A stretch of DNA of 64,000 nt from a virus (Duplodnaviria; Heunggongvirae; Uroviricota; Caudoviricetes). The translations under genes and the position numbers were made by a program. This document shows, piece by piece, positions 63,675-64,000 of the stretch (its first letter is position 1; each line of letters begins with the position of its first letter). The notes beneath the pieces were generated by a model that worked only from the letters and a program-made list of their open reading frames with translations, was not told the origin of the DNA and made no database searches. Location: IMG/VR virus record IMGVR_UViG_3300045988_005753; one strand, 5' to 3'.

Positions 63675-63938
63675 ATGGAAAACGTAGAATTAACCACAAT
63701 TTTACAAATTGCAACCGACAAAGAAGATGTAGCATTATTCCACCGTATCGAAAGCGATTTGTTCAATGGTGAAATCATTAAAGAATCTTACGAAGTTGTC
63801 GGATTCAAAGATGGTAAAGCATTTGGCTTTTTTGACCTCGACAAAAGCAAAGCGGTTACAATGTACGATGTTCTATCTTGTGAAATTCTGACAAAATACA
63901 ACGAAAAAAGGCTTGCAACCTACGCCAATATGCAGTAA
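63675..63938 (+). CDS. hypothetical small early protein
   Basis: 87 aa ORF. Confidence 0.5.
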   Translation: MENVELTTILQIATDKEDVALFHRIESDLFNGEIIKESYEVVGFKDGKAFGFFDLDKSKAVTMYDVLSCEILTKYNEKRLATYANMQ

Positions 63939-64000
63939 ATTACTAATCAACGGGGAGGGAATGACCTTCCCCACTAAATAAAGTCCTAAACTGGAGATTC
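63913..64000 (+). promoter_or_regulatory. family A cassette running off the end of the window
   Basis: TTGCAA 63913-63918, TAAATT 63936-63941; hairpin GGGGAGGG (63952-63959) / CCTTCCCC (63965-63972); conserved ribosome-binding region reaches the window edge. Confidence 0.45.

Overview
The window reads as a contiguous piece of an AT-rich, virulent, tailed-phage genome with no sign of an integration or lysogeny module. Bases 1-19147 (+ strand) are a late morphogenesis block: a prohead protease/scaffold tail end, decoration-like and major capsid genes, head-tail joining genes, tail sheath, tail tube, two chaperone ORFs with an apparent -1 frameshift site, tape measure, a baseplate set and two tail-fibre genes with His-X-His boxes. 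A bidirectional terminator at 19156-19181 separates this from a leftward (- strand) block at 19185-29125 carrying thymidylate synthase, an HTH regulator, secreted and lipoprotein ORFs, an ATP-dependent DNA ligase and a family A DNA polymerase. Bases 29353-58470 (+) hold replication and nucleotide-metabolism genes: primase-helicase, putative SSB, 5'-3' exonuclease, aerobic and anaerobic ribonucleotide reductases with a redoxin and activase, a Prs-like plus Nampt-like pair, an rIIA-like GHKL ATPase, a secreted SLT-like transglycosylase, an overlapping spanin-like pair and a macro-domain protein. Bases 58480-64000 are a strikingly modular array of about twelve small ORFs, each behind its own promoter cassette with a near-identical ribosome-binding region. 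The most interesting unexplained signals are that cassette array, three copies of a hairpin / AT-rich core / strand-biased GT-rich element in the leftward block, a direct-repeat plus polypyrimidine region at 58.5 kb, and the Prs-like/Nampt-like and macro-domain genes as candidate NAD/ADP-ribose counter-defence functions. All calls rest on reading the sequence and supplied translations by eye; no database search or folding was run, and noncoding coordinates may be off by a base or two.
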